Source: Bacillota bacterium
GTDB lineage: Bacteria > Bacillota > Clostridia > Saccharofermentanales > DTU023
Assembly (NCBI GenBank): GCA_029570375.1
Contig: JAKPXB010000049.1
Span: 25,046 to 89,045 of the forward strand
Direction: 5' to 3'
DNA length: 64,000 bases
Positions 46,403 through 56,172 of the stretch are shown here, in pieces. The notes under the pieces are model-generated. The model saw only the letters and a program-made list of their open reading frames with translations, did no database searches and was not told the origin of the DNA. Within the stretch, counting starts at the first letter, position 1; each line of letters begins with the position of its first letter. The translations under genes and the position numbers were made by a program.

Positions 46403-48028
46403 TCAGTCTTTTACCGGCGCCATCTTCAGGAACCTCCTGATCATTCCCTGCAGATGGAGCGCTTCCCGGAACCGGATCGCGATACCTGTCCAGTAATATG
46501 TCAGAAAGACGATCAGCGCTTTAACACTGTACAGTGCCAGCTGAAAAAGTTTATTCGTCGTGTTGAGCGGGATGGTGTTGATGGCGAGCGCGACAATCGC
46601 CGACGGTATGGCGCAGGCCAGCAGACGGCAGTAGAACGGAAACATTCTGAACGGGCGGGCATCCCGGAGATGTATCCGGTAGAGCACAGCGAGCATGACA
46701 ACTGTCAGAAGCGAATTCAGAACAAATGCGACCGGAAGCCCGTAAATGCCGAATCCGAAAACATTCGTGAAAAGATAGGACAGCAGCGGGTTGAGCGCCA
46801 GCGATACGACTGATGTCACGAGCGACAGGCGCGTGACATGGCGCGCGTAGAAAGCCAGATTGACAATCTCATAGTAGGTAATAATCAGGATTGCCGGCAC
46901 ATACAGCCTGAGAAGCATGGCCTCGATCAGGAGCTTCTCCGCGGGAATCGCGCCTCCCCACTGGAAGATGGCCTCTACCGTCTCTTCCGCCAGCACGCCG
47001 AATAAAATCACAAAAGGCGTCACATAATAGAGCGCCCGCCGGAGCGAGAAGGTGTACGTCTGCCGCATCTCCCTGTAGTCGCGCCTGGCGAATGCCGAGG
47101 TCAGGTTCGGTGACATGACACTCGCGACGGCGACGGCAAAGATTCCCTGCGGAAGCCGCCAGGTCGTCTGTGCGTGCCGGAGCGAAGTAACGGCGCCCGT
47201 GAACTGGTGGGCAAAACCGGTCTGAATGATCGCGTTCAGCTGCACAATCGACCCCGAAATCAGCGTGGGAACGGCGAGACGGATCAGCCGCTTGAATCCC
47301 CTGTCCCGCGTGTCGAGCAGCGGTTCATAGTGCATCACTTTCCTCGACATAATCAGGAGATAGACGAAATTCACGGCCGCGGCGATCACGACGCCGAACG
47401 CGACTCTCGCGGGCGCGTCCGCGGCTGTTCCCCCCCAGCGCATCATGAAGAAGATACAGATCAGGTTGTACAAAGAGGTTGTAAACGCCGTTCTCTGGTG
47501 CAGTTTGTGCCCCGTCAGAATGCCGATACACATACCGGCCAGAAAAAGAAAGACGGTCTGCGGGAAGAGAGCGCGCGCGACCATGACGGCGCGGCGGATC
47601 ACCTCGGGATCCTTATTCGGATTGTAGGCGCTGATGATCGAACCGGCGAAAATTTCACCAACCGCGATGGCGAACACGAAAGCGAGCAGGAATACGTTGA
47701 TAAATGTACTGAGGCTCCGCCAGAGTTTCCGCTCATGGCCGCGCGTGACCGCGGCGGACACGGCCGGTGTAACCGCCGCCGCGAATGTTCCGCCGACAAG
47801 CAGCTGGTAAAAGAGGTCGGGCAGCTGGAAGCCGATATAATACGCGTCCGTATTGATGCCGTACCCGAAAGTAGGCGCGATCATTACCTCGCGTATGAAA
47901 CCTGTCAACCGCGAAACGGCCAGAGAAAGGATCAGAAGCGCTGTCGCGCGGCTGGAGGAAAGAACGCGGACGCCGCTCTGTTTCGTATGGTTTAGCATCG
48001 GCGGATCACTTATTGAATTTTTACTCAT
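46403..48028 (-). CDS. murJ: Lipid II flippase MurJ (MviN family)
   Basis: Polytopic membrane protein, 541 aa. The N-terminus SRLTGFIREVMIAPTFGYGINTDAYYIGFQLPDLFYQLLVGGTF is typical of MurJ. Confidence 0.85.
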   Translation of the reverse strand: MSKNSISDPPMLNHTKQSGVRVLSSSRATALLILSLAVSRLTGFIREVMIAPTFGYGINTDAYYIGFQLPDLFYQLLVGGTFAAAVTPAVSAAVTRGHERKLWRSLSTFINVFLLAFVFAIAVGEIFAGSIISAYNPNKDPEVIRRAVMVARALFPQTVFLFLAGMCIGILTGHKLHQRTAFTTSLYNLICIFFMMRWGGTAADAPARVAFGVVIAAAVNFVYLLIMSRKVMHYEPLLDTRDRGFKRLIRLAVPTLISGSIVQLNAIIQTGFAHQFTGAVTSLRHAQTTWRLPQGIFAVAVASVMSPNLTSAFARRDYREMRQTYTFSLRRALYYVTPFVILFGVLAEETVEAIFQWGGAIPAEKLLIEAMLLRLYVPAILIITYYEIVNLAFYARHVTRLSLVTSVVSLALNPLLSYLFTNVFGFGIYGLPVAFVLNSLLTVVMLAVLYRIHLRDARPFRMFPFYCRLLACAIPSAIVALAINTIPLNTTNKLFQLALYSVKALIVFLTYYWTGIAIRFREALHLQGMIRRFLKMAPVKD

Positions 48029-49299
48029 CCGTCTATGATACCCTTTCGGAGAAGATTGAGCGCCGCCGCGGCGGATTGTTTTCTGATTCTTTCGCGGTCA
48101 CCGTAGAATTGGTACCGCCGGGCGGTTACGCCGGCCTCTGACGCGAGCGCGATAAAGACAGTGCCGACCGGTTTCTCGTCCGTGCCGCCCGAAGGCCCCG
48201 CGATCCCTGTGACAGACACTGCGTAAGTGGCTTTTGTGAGCGCCCGGCAGCGCTCTGCCATGGATTTCGCGCACGCTTCACTGACTGCCCCCTCTGAAAG
48301 GAGAACAGTCTCCGGCACACCGAGAAGCGCTTGTTTCATATCATCGTTATAGGTGATCATTCCGCCGAGAAGTGCCGCCGAAGCGCCGGGGATGGAACCG
48401 ATAGACGAGGCGAGCATGCCGGCCGTACAGGATTCGGCAAACGCGCATGTCTCCCCCCGCGCGATCAGAAGATCGAGGACCACTTCGGCGAGCGTCCGCG
48501 GCCCGATCTCGAACACATAACCGTTCAGTTTTTCACAGATCGCCGCGACGACGGAGTCCGTCCTGTCTTCATCTCCTTCTTCCAGGCGCTGTGAGACTCT
48601 GTATACCACTTCCCCCGGGCTGGCGTACGGGGCGATCGTAACGCGATCCTGCGCGTCGATCAAGTCGCGGATGACCCGTTCGCTCTTCGATTCCCCGATA
48701 CCGGTCAGCCGCACATAGCGGTGCACGAAACGCGCCTCACTGTATTTCTCGAGCGCCGGCCTGACATAATGGGCGAACATCGGTTCCATTTCGCGGGGCG
48801 GTCCCGGGAGCATCAGAATCGCTTTTGTTTTTCCTCTGTAAGAAAAAAAAGTAAGCGATCCGGGCGCGGTGCCGTTATCGTTATGGAAATATTCACTGCC
48901 CTCCGGGATCAAAGGATACGCCGGCGTCGCGTGTACGGCGTCCCGGTAACGGTCGTTTATCCTCGCGTTGATGTCCTGATTGGGAATGAGGGGAACGCCC
49001 GCGACGCGCGCCGTCACCGAACTTGTGATGTCATCCTCTGTCGGGCCGAGACCGCCCGTCGTGATAACCAGATCGTTTTCCTCGACGGCGCGAAGCAGTT
49101 CCTTCGCCAGCCGTCCGGCGTTGTCGCCGACCACGACATGCCGATAGGTGGAAAATCCGATTTCCGACAACTGACGCGACAGGAATCGCGCGTTCGTGTC
49201 AACGATCTGGCCGACCAGAAGTTCGGTCCCGACTGAAATGATTTCCGCAGAATGAAAGACCGCGCGAATCTCAGAATCCATTAAACCCACCGCCGACAC
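48025..49299 (-). CDS. cinA: Competence/damage-inducible protein CinA (MoCF-binding domain + PncC-like deamidase domain)
   Basis: AEIISVGTELLVGQIVDTNARFLS, and a C-terminal CinA domain (AESCTAGMLAS). ATGA overlap with murJ. An alternative start exists at 49281. Confidence 0.85.
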   Translation of the reverse strand: MSAVGLMDSEIRAVFHSAEIISVGTELLVGQIVDTNARFLSRQLSEIGFSTYRHVVVGDNAGRLAKELLRAVEENDLVITTGGLGPTEDDITSSVTARVAGVPLIPNQDINARINDRYRDAVHATPAYPLIPEGSEYFHNDNGTAPGSLTFFSYRGKTKAILMLPGPPREMEPMFAHYVRPALEKYSEARFVHRYVRLTGIGESKSERVIRDLIDAQDRVTIAPYASPGEVVYRVSQRLEEGDEDRTDSVVAAICEKLNGYVFEIGPRTLAEVVLDLLIARGETCAFAESCTAGMLASSIGSIPGASAALLGGMITYNDDMKQALLGVPETVLLSEGAVSEACAKSMAERCRALTKATYAVSVTGIAGPSGGTDEKPVGTVFIALASEAGVTARRYQFYGDRERIRKQSAAAALNLLRKGIIDG

Positions 49300-52021
49300 C
49301 GTCCATGCCGCGCATCAGCTGTTCGTACTGCTCTCTTGTGATCAGTATTTTGCGCGGCTTGCTCCCCTCGTGCGGGCCGACCCACCCCCGCTCGCTCAGC
49401 CGGTCGATCAGGCGCGCCGCGCGCGGGTATCCCACGGACAGCCGCCGCTGCAGCAGCGAGACGGCGGCGTAATCCGCCTCAATGACGGTCGCCAGAGCGT
49501 CCATCAGCAGCTCATCTTCTCCTCCCGGTTCCCCCCGATCATCCTCAGCGGAAGAGCCGGCCGGGTTCTCAAGAGCCGCCGCGACACTCTCGTCGTACTG
49601 CGGGTCGTGGTAATCCTTGATAAACGACAGGACGGCTTCGACTTCGCTGTTGGAGACGAAAGCCCCCTGCCCCCGGATCGCCTTGATCGCGCCGATCGGG
49701 AAGTAAAGCATGTCGCCCTTCCCGAGAAGTTTCTCCGCTCCGCTCGCGTCGATGATGGTCCGGGAATCGACCTGCGACGCCACGGCAAAAGCGATACGGG
49801 AAGGGATATTCGCTTTGATGACGCCTGTGATGACGTCGACAGACGGCCGCTGCGTCGCGATGATGACATGGATCCCGACGGCGCGTGCCTTAGCCATAAG
49901 GCGCGAAATCGCGTCCTCCACCTGATGCTGCGTGACAGCCATCAGATCCGCGAGCTCATCGATGACGATGACAATGCGGGGCAGCGGCATCTCGTCCTCC
50001 TCAGGATCTTCGATTGCGCGGACAGCCGCGTTATAAGAGTCGATATCGCGCACCCTCCGCCCGGCGAACATCTGGTAGCGCTTCTCCATCTCCCGGACGG
50101 CAAAATTGAGAACGCCGTAGGCTTTTTCCGGATCGGTGACAACAGGGTGCATGAGATGTGGAATCCCGTTATAGACATTCAGCTCGACGATTTTCGGATC
50201 AATCATCAGGAAACGCACATCTTCCGGAGACGAACGGTAAAGCAGGCTGATCAGAATCGAGTTAATGCAGACCGATTTTCCCGAACCGGTCGCGCCGGCA
50301 ATCAGGATATGCGGCATCTTCGCGAGATCGCAGAGAATCACATCGCCGCCGACGTCGCGGCCGAGCGCCGCGACGAGCGGCCCTTTCGCCTGCTTGAATT
50401 CGTCAGACTGGATGAGGCTGCGGAGGAGAACGGGCCGCGTGAGCCTGTTGGGGATCTCGATGCCGATGGCGGCTTTCCCCGGAATCGGCGCTTCGATGCG
50501 CACACCCATCGCCGCGAGGCTCAGCGCGATGTCATCGGACAGATTGACAATGCGGCTGACCTTGATCCCCGGACCGGGCGCGAGCTCAAACCGCGTAATC
50601 GTCGGCCCCGACGTGTAATTGACAATGCGCGCTTCCACGCCGAAGCTGTCCAGCGTCTCCTCGAGTTTCCGGCCGAGTTCGCGGATCTCCCGGACTTCCT
50701 GTGGCGTTTTTTTCATGCCGCGGTCTTCTTTGAGGAGTTTCAGGGGGGGCGCTTTATACCCATTCAACAGGCTCAGCTGCTGCCGCGCCTTTGCCGGTGT
50801 ACGCTTCGGAAGCACCTGCTCCTTGTCGTCACCGCGGTCTTTCCAGCGCGCGCGGTCGATCATCGACTCCTGCTGAATGGATTCCTCTTTGCGTTTGATA
50901 TCGAAATCCCGCATCGGCGGTCTGACCGCCTGGGGCGGCGGCTCACTGCCAAGGAAGACTGAAGGCTCCTGGAATGCCGGCAGCTGGACGGGAGCCGTCA
51001 TCCTGCCGGGCGGCGTGAAGAGGTACGGCTTCCCCTGAAGGGGTTCCCGCTCTCTCCGCGATACATCGCCTGCACGGTATCCGGGCGGCGGTTTCGGAAA
51101 GACGGGGCGGTCCTGCGGAAGCTCCGCGCCCTCAGCCGGCTTGTGAAAGAGCGTCTCCCATCCGGCAGGTCCGGCGGGAAGCTCGATAGGTCCCATCCGT
51201 TTGTCCGGCTCATCCGCCGCGCCGGCCGGTTCAGTTTTTTCGACAGATTCCCCTTCAGACTCGTGAGTGGCAGGCTCTCTGTGCTTTTTAAATAAATCCG
51301 TCCATCTCCCCTTAGAGCGCGACGCGGCGCGCGCGCCGCCCTCAGCCGTATCGTCGTCCGGTGGGATGTCCGCGAGGTCGCCGCCTCTGAAGGAAGCCGC
51401 TTTTTTCGCCAGCCTGGCGGGCGATAAACCGAACGCATAAACAAGGATGAACACAACACTCGCAAACAGAATAATAACCGCTCCGGTGGTCCCGGCAATA
51501 CGCTCGAGCGAATGCGCGATGAGCCCGCCGATCAATCCGCCGCTCATTTTATTGCCTTCGCGGATCAGCTCAGGGGAGAGACCGCATTCCCACAGCTTCG
51601 CGATCACATGGAATCCGGCAAACCCTTTCTCCGCGAGCGGTTCCAACAGAGGAAGGAGTGTCTTGTAGGGAACAGCGAAAAGCGAGATGAACGCTGTCAT
51701 GATGGTGTAAAGCAGCACCGATGCGCCGACTTGTTTCGCGGTAACGGAGAGTTCGCGCCCGCGGAAAAACATCAGTGAGAATAACAGAATACAGGCCGGC
51801 AGCAGGAGCGCAAGTGTCCCGAAAAAACCCCGGACGGCCGTCAGGAGGAAACGCCCGAGCCAGCCTGTCCAAGAGGCCGGGGCGAGAAGCGCGAACGCGA
51901 GCAGCAATCCGATAGCGAGAAAAATAACACCGAGCAAATCCCGCTGCTGGCGTTTCGTCAATTCAAAACCTGATTGATTCTCCCCTGTCGGCACGTTTCC
52001 CCGCGTCCTCTTTTCCTTCAC
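49271..52021 (-). CDS. ftsK: DNA translocase FtsK/SpoIIIE
   Basis: N-terminal TM helices and a Pro/charged linker. Motor domain with Walker A GATGSGKSVCIN and Walker B VIVIDELADLM. C-terminal gamma wHTH (LLQRRLSVGYPRAARLID). Confidence 0.95.
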   Translation of the reverse strand: MKEKRTRGNVPTGENQSGFELTKRQQRDLLGVIFLAIGLLLAFALLAPASWTGWLGRFLLTAVRGFFGTLALLLPACILLFSLMFFRGRELSVTAKQVGASVLLYTIMTAFISLFAVPYKTLLPLLEPLAEKGFAGFHVIAKLWECGLSPELIREGNKMSGGLIGGLIAHSLERIAGTTGAVIILFASVVFILVYAFGLSPARLAKKAASFRGGDLADIPPDDDTAEGGARAASRSKGRWTDLFKKHREPATHESEGESVEKTEPAGAADEPDKRMGPIELPAGPAGWETLFHKPAEGAELPQDRPVFPKPPPGYRAGDVSRREREPLQGKPYLFTPPGRMTAPVQLPAFQEPSVFLGSEPPPQAVRPPMRDFDIKRKEESIQQESMIDRARWKDRGDDKEQVLPKRTPAKARQQLSLLNGYKAPPLKLLKEDRGMKKTPQEVREIRELGRKLEETLDSFGVEARIVNYTSGPTITRFELAPGPGIKVSRIVNLSDDIALSLAAMGVRIEAPIPGKAAIGIEIPNRLTRPVLLRSLIQSDEFKQAKGPLVAALGRDVGGDVILCDLAKMPHILIAGATGSGKSVCINSILISLLYRSSPEDVRFLMIDPKIVELNVYNGIPHLMHPVVTDPEKAYGVLNFAVREMEKRYQMFAGRRVRDIDSYNAAVRAIEDPEEDEMPLPRIVIVIDELADLMAVTQHQVEDAISRLMAKARAVGIHVIIATQRPSVDVITGVIKANIPSRIAFAVASQVDSRTIIDASGAEKLLGKGDMLYFPIGAIKAIRGQGAFVSNSEVEAVLSFIKDYHDPQYDESVAAALENPAGSSAEDDRGEPGGEDELLMDALATVIEADYAAVSLLQRRLSVGYPRAARLIDRLSERGWVGPHEGSKPRKILITREQYEQLMRGMDGVGGGFNGF

Positions 52022-52030
52022 AATATTTTC

Positions 52031-52822
52031 TCACAGCAAACCGACGCGGTCGGCCGCCAAAAAGAGTCCGATGCATGTCTTTCCGTCCGTAAGCAGCCCC
52101 TCGCGAATCTGATCGAGGGCATCCGTCAGTCCGATCCGCTCCACTGTGAGGAACTCCCCTTCATCCGGCCTCGAAAAACCATTCGCCAGGCCGCGCGCGA
52201 GATAGATGCTGATCGCCTCATCAGTGTAGCCGGGCGAGGGATAAAAGCGCGTCAGGAGATCCCATCGCTCGGCGGAAAGACCCGTCTCCTCCATGAGTTC
52301 GCGCCGCGCGCATGCAAGCGCGTCCTCCGGGGGTTCCAGTTTCCCGGCGGGAATCTCACGCATCGGTCCGCCTGTTCCGACGCGGTGCTGGCGCACGAGG
52401 TAAATATGCTGTTCGCTGTCAAGCGCGACGACCGAAGCGCCGCCGGGGTGGTGTACAATTTCACGTTTCGAGAGGCGGCCGTCCGGCAGGCGGACATCCT
52501 GGACCTCGACCGAGAAGACGCGGCCGATAAACCGCGGATCCGATGAAAGGACTTCCTCCGTGAGAGTGGGCTCAACGCGGCGCGAAACAGCCCGGTCCAA
52601 AGCTGAAGCGCGGACGGCGGCGGGATCGGCCATGGGCTCGTCCCCTCCGGGCCGCGCGCCGGAAGGCGCGTCAGAAACCGGAGCGCTCTGCGCCGACGGC
52701 TCTTCATCCCTGATCGCTTCCGGAACCCGGATATGGGGCGCGCGGTGTTTCAATACCGGCTTATCCATCTCCCTTTTGTCTTCTTCTTTCCCGTTCATAC
52801 CGTATCCTCTTCGCATGATCAT
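52031..52822 (-). CDS. Nudix hydrolase (ADP-ribose pyrophosphatase-like) with an N-terminal extension
   Basis: Nudix box GKLEPPEDALACARRELMEETG. The start at 52822 is 3 nt after the rnhA stop. Internal starts are also possible. Confidence 0.8.
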   Translation of the reverse strand: MIMRRGYGMNGKEEDKREMDKPVLKHRAPHIRVPEAIRDEEPSAQSAPVSDAPSGARPGGDEPMADPAAVRASALDRAVSRRVEPTLTEEVLSSDPRFIGRVFSVEVQDVRLPDGRLSKREIVHHPGGASVVALDSEQHIYLVRQHRVGTGGPMREIPAGKLEPPEDALACARRELMEETGLSAERWDLLTRFYPSPGYTDEAISIYLARGLANGFSRPDEGEFLTVERIGLTDALDQIREGLLTDGKTCIGLFLAADRVGLL

Positions 52823-52825
52823 GCG

Positions 52826-53293
52826 CTAATGATGCTTCTCAATTTCCCTGACCGCCATTTTATCACAGCGGTTATTATATTCATTATCCGCGTGCCCTTT
52901 GACTTTCATCCACGTTATTTCATGGCGGAGGTGCTCATTCCAGAGGGCCTGCCAGAGATCCTTGTTCGCAACCTGTATCTTTGCCGCGTTTTTCCAGCCG
53001 TTACGCTGCCAGTTGACAATCCAGTTTTCATTGAACGCGGAGACGAGATAGGCGCTGTCACTGAATAGCTGCACACGGCACGGACGGTTCAGCGCACGCA
53101 GCGCCATGAGGGCGGCGGTAAGTTCCATCCTGTTATTCGTCGTGTCCGGATCGAAGCCGGACATCTCCTTCTCCGTGCCCCGGGCGATCATAATCGCCGC
53201 CCATCCGCCGGGACCGGGATTGCCTGAACATGCGCCGTCCGTATAGATCGTGACCTCCGTCAGTTTCTTCTCGTGTTTCATTGGGTGAATCAT
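52826..53293 (-). CDS. rnhA: Ribonuclease HI
   Basis: IYTDGACSGNPGPGGWAA, TNNRMELTA, DSAYL, KVKGHADNEYNNRCD. The start is ambiguous (53281, 53293 or 53308). The ORF-track start at 53371 is a TTG and runs into the divergent tRNA-Pro promoter region. Confidence 0.85.
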   Translation of the reverse strand: MIHPMKHEKKLTEVTIYTDGACSGNPGPGGWAAIMIARGTEKEMSGFDPDTTNNRMELTAALMALRALNRPCRVQLFSDSAYLVSAFNENWIVNWQRNGWKNAAKIQVANKDLWQALWNEHLRHEITWMKVKGHADNEYNNRCDKMAVREIEKHH

Positions 53294-53383
53294 AGAACCA
53301 TTATACATGAGCACTCTGTGCGGGGAACCTGTTTCCGCTCTCAGATCCGCTTTCCGCGTCACCGTTTTCAACCGCGTCTGTTC

Positions 53384-53412
53384 TTGACAGTTCCGGCGGT
53401 TGACGTTATGAT
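53384..53412 (+). promoter_or_regulatory. tRNA-Pro promoter TTGACA-17 nt-TATGAT
   Basis: Read directly. The -10 ends 12 nt before the tRNA 5' end. Confidence 0.6.
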
Positions 53413-53424
53413 CGATTAGGTAAT

Positions 53425-53501
53425 CGGGGTGTAGCTCAGGTGGCTAGAGTGCTTGCTTGGGGTGCAAGAGGTCGCAAGTTCAAGTCTTGTCACTCCGACC
53501 A
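53425..53501 (+). tRNA. tRNA-Pro (anticodon GGG), CCA encoded
   Basis: Manual cloverleaf: acceptor CGGGGTG/CACTCCG, anticodon stem CTTGC/GCAAG with loop TTGGGGT, T-loop TTCAAGT, 3' ACCA. The length is 77 nt. Confidence 0.9.
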
Positions 53502-53512
53502 ATATGTGAAAA

Positions 53513-53544
53513 CCCTGCGGATTTCGGATGCCGCGGGGTTTTTT
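53513..53544 (+). terminator. Rho-independent terminator after tRNA-Pro
   Basis: CCCTGCGG-atttcggatg-CCGCGGGG followed by TTTTTT. Confidence 0.8.
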
Positions 53545-53720
53545 GTTCTCAATATGACGGCCTCATCGAAAAGCATGTACTGCAATTATATGCATTTTTA
53601 TAGTTTATTTACTTGCTTTAACAAGAAATCAGTATTACAATAAACGGCATGTTTCAACGCTAATATGAAAGATATAATCGCTTTATCATCTTTCAGGCAC
53701 ACATCGGCAAGGAGGAAAAC

Positions 53721-54626
53721 ATGAAACGCATAATTATAATTATTTTAGCGGGACTGCTAGCGGTCAGCCTGCTGGCGGGCTGCCAGACGAAGACGGGCGG
53801 AAGCGCCACAGAGCCGGAAATGACATCCGGCACGCCGCCCGAAAGCCAGAGCGGAACCGAGCCGGGAGAACCTTCAGAAACTCCCGCGGAGAGCGCGCCG
53901 CCGAAATTCGCGAAGCCGGAAGACTTTCTCGCGCAGAAAGATATTCGGCTGGCAGTTCAGGCCGGGACCGTAGGCGACTGGATTGCTCAGGATTTCGTCG
54001 GAGCCGACCACGTCGACCAGTACGCACACTACGTAGACGCGATTACGGCGCTCATGCAGGATAAAGTACAGGGCGCGATCATGGATTACGGCCCCGCTCT
54101 AAAAATTGTGAAAGATAAACCGGAGCTCGTCATTATGGAAGACGCCCTTACGGAAGAGAACTACGCGTTCGGCATCAAGAAAGGCAACAGCGAACTCCTG
54201 GAAGCTGTCAACGCGTCGCTTAAAAAGCTTTCGAAAGAGGGAAAACTGCAGGCCATCTTCGACAAATACATCAATGAAGAAGAGGGCGCCGGCGACGATA
54301 TAGACTTCAATAAGGGCGCGGCCGGCGGGCAGCTCATCATGGGAACGGAGAGCGGCTTCGCCCCTTATGAGCTGAAAAAAGGCGACAAGATCATCGGCAT
54401 CGATGTCGAGATCATGGCAGAAGTCGCAAAATCACTCGACAAGGAACTGGTCATCGAAGACATGAATTTCGATTCTCTCATCGCGGCCGTCCAGTCCGGG
54501 AAAATTGATATCATCGCGGCAGGGCTGACGGTCACCGACGATCGAAAGAAAGAGATCGACTTCTCTGACGATTATGTTATCGGGGCGAAGCAGGTACTCG
54601 TGGTCAAAGCCGCCGACCTGAAGTGA
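53721..54626 (+). CDS. Amino-acid ABC transporter substrate-binding lipoprotein (family 3)
   Basis: Lipobox LLAGCQ, a Ser/Pro/Glu-rich linker, then an SBP_bac_3-type domain (DIIAAGLTVTDDRKKEIDFSDDY). An AAGGAGGAAAAC RBS is present. Confidence 0.85.
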   Translation: MKRIIIIILAGLLAVSLLAGCQTKTGGSATEPEMTSGTPPESQSGTEPGEPSETPAESAPPKFAKPEDFLAQKDIRLAVQAGTVGDWIAQDFVGADHVDQYAHYVDAITALMQDKVQGAIMDYGPALKIVKDKPELVIMEDALTEENYAFGIKKGNSELLEAVNASLKKLSKEGKLQAIFDKYINEEEGAGDDIDFNKGAAGGQLIMGTESGFAPYELKKGDKIIGIDVEIMAEVAKSLDKELVIEDMNFDSLIAAVQSGKIDIIAAGLTVTDDRKKEIDFSDDYVIGAKQVLVVKAADLK

Positions 54627-54633
54627 TAACGCT

Positions 54634-55368
54634 ATGGCTGCCCTATGGTCATCGGTCGTGGAGTGGTTTTCTGATTTCGGGAACGACTTCTACCGCAACT
54701 TTATCGTCGACGAACGGTATCTCTGGATCCTCAACGGATTGAAGAATACCTTGTTGATGACGATTTTCGCCAGCCTGATTGGGATAGCGATCGGCCTCTG
54801 CCTCAGCATTATCCGCGTGCTGAAGCGATCGGGGGCGAAAATCGGCTTCCTGAATAAACTGGCGGGCGCTTACATTACCGCTATCCGCGGTACGCCCGTC
54901 ATGATTCAGATCCTGATCATCAATTTTGTGATCTTTTCATCGGTCAGGGTAAGCAAACTTCTCGTGGCTTCGCTCGCTTTCGGCATCAACAGCGGCGCAT
55001 ACGTCGCCGAGATATTCCGGGCGGGCATCGAATCGGTCGACAGCGGACAGATGGAGGCCGCCCGTTCACTCGGTCTGTCCTACGGACGATCGATGCGGTT
55101 TGTGGTGCTCCCTCAGGCCGTCCGAAACGTGCTCCCGGCGTTGTTCAACGAATTCATTACACTGCTCAAGGAGACATCGATCTCCGGATATATCGCGTTC
55201 ACCGATCTGACGCGCTCCGGAGAAAACATCCGGTCCATCACATACTCGGCACAGCCGCTGATGATGGTCGCGCTGATTTATCTCATCGTCGTCATGCTCA
55301 TGACGCGCATTCTCAGGATGATGGAACGGAGGCTTCACCGAAGTGATCGAAATCAGACATCTCTGTAA
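54634..55368 (+). CDS. Amino-acid ABC transporter permease (His/Glu/Gln/Arg/opine family)
   Basis: [14 protein letters not shown]; EAA loop [33 protein letters not shown]. Confidence 0.85.
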   Translation: MAALWSSVVEWFSDFGNDFYRNFIVDERYLWILNGLKNTLLMTIFASLIGIAIGLCLSIIRVLKRSGAKIGFLNKLAGAYITAIRGTPVMIQILIINFVIFSSVRVSKLLVASLAFGINSGAYVAEIFRAGIESVDSGQMEAARSLGLSYGRSMRFVVLPQAVRNVLPALFNEFITLLKETSISGYIAFTDLTRSGENIRSITYSAQPLMMVALIYLIVVMLMTRILRMMERRLHRSDRNQTSL

Positions 55369-56104
55369 GCAATACGGCGGGCAGGTCATCCTTCACGACC
55401 TCTCCGTCACCATCACCCGCGGCGAGAAAATATGTGTCATCGGGCCCTCGGGCTCCGGTAAGAGCACCTTCCTCCGCTGCCTGAACAGGCTCGAAACACC
55501 TGATTCCGGTCAGGTGCTGATTGACGGCGAGGAGATTACGGACAGCAATGTCAACCGCATCCGGAGCAGGATGGGAATGGTTTTCCAGCATTTCAACCTG
55601 TTCCCGCATCTCTCCGTCGCGGAGAATATCGCGCTCGCGCCCGTGAAGCTCGGATGGCTGACGAAAGATCAGGCCCGTGAGACGGCGCACAGCCTTCTCG
55701 CGAGCGTTGGCCTGGAAGACAAGATCGACGAATTCCCCTCGAGGCTCTCCGGCGGCCAGAAGCAGCGCGTCGCGATCGCCCGCGCGCTGGCCATGAAACC
55801 GGAGATTCTCCTCTTCGACGAGCCCACGAGCGCCCTCGATCCCGAGATGATCGGCGAGGTGCTGTCCGTCGTGGGAAAACTCGCCAGTGAAGGCATGACG
55901 ATGGTGATCGTGACGCACGAACTCGGCTTCGCGTATGAGATCGCGAACCGCGTGCTGTTCCTGGATGAGGGCGTCATCTATGAGCAGGGATCCCCCGAAG
56001 AGATCTTCAACCATCCGAAGCGCCCACGAACGGCGTCGTTCCTGTCAAAAGTTCTGGCCGGGCGCGGGCAGTATCCCACCGGCGCACAGCGAGGGAACCC
56101 ATAA
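55343..56104 (+). CDS. Amino-acid ABC transporter ATP-binding protein (GlnQ-like)
   Basis: [48 protein letters not shown] start with a GGAACGGAGG RBS. It overlaps the permease gene by 26 nt. Confidence 0.9.
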   Translation: MIEIRHLCKQYGGQVILHDLSVTITRGEKICVIGPSGSGKSTFLRCLNRLETPDSGQVLIDGEEITDSNVNRIRSRMGMVFQHFNLFPHLSVAENIALAPVKLGWLTKDQARETAHSLLASVGLEDKIDEFPSRLSGGQKQRVAIARALAMKPEILLFDEPTSALDPEMIGEVLSVVGKLASEGMTMVIVTHELGFAYEIANRVLFLDEGVIYEQGSPEEIFNHPKRPRTASFLSKVLAGRGQYPTGAQRGNP

Positions 56105-56113
56105 ACACCACCA

Positions 56114-56147
56114 CCGGCGAGGCGCGGGCGTTTCCGTACCTCGCCGG
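56114..56147. terminator. GC-rich hairpin between convergent genes (possible bidirectional terminator)
   Basis: CCGGCGAGG-16 nt-CCTCGCCGG forms a 9-bp stem. There is no clear U-tract on either side. Confidence 0.35.
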
Positions 56148-56172
56148 CGGTCAGCATACGAAGGGCCGAAGA

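Noticed and set aside
49370-50962. A 530-aa ORF on the + strand, antisense to ftsK.
   Set aside because: It is an Arg/Asp-rich shadow ORF with no motifs. The minus strand encodes a complete FtsK motor.
53440-53643. A 67-aa ORF overlapping tRNA-Pro.
   Set aside because: It starts inside the tRNA gene and runs through its terminator. It has no RBS.
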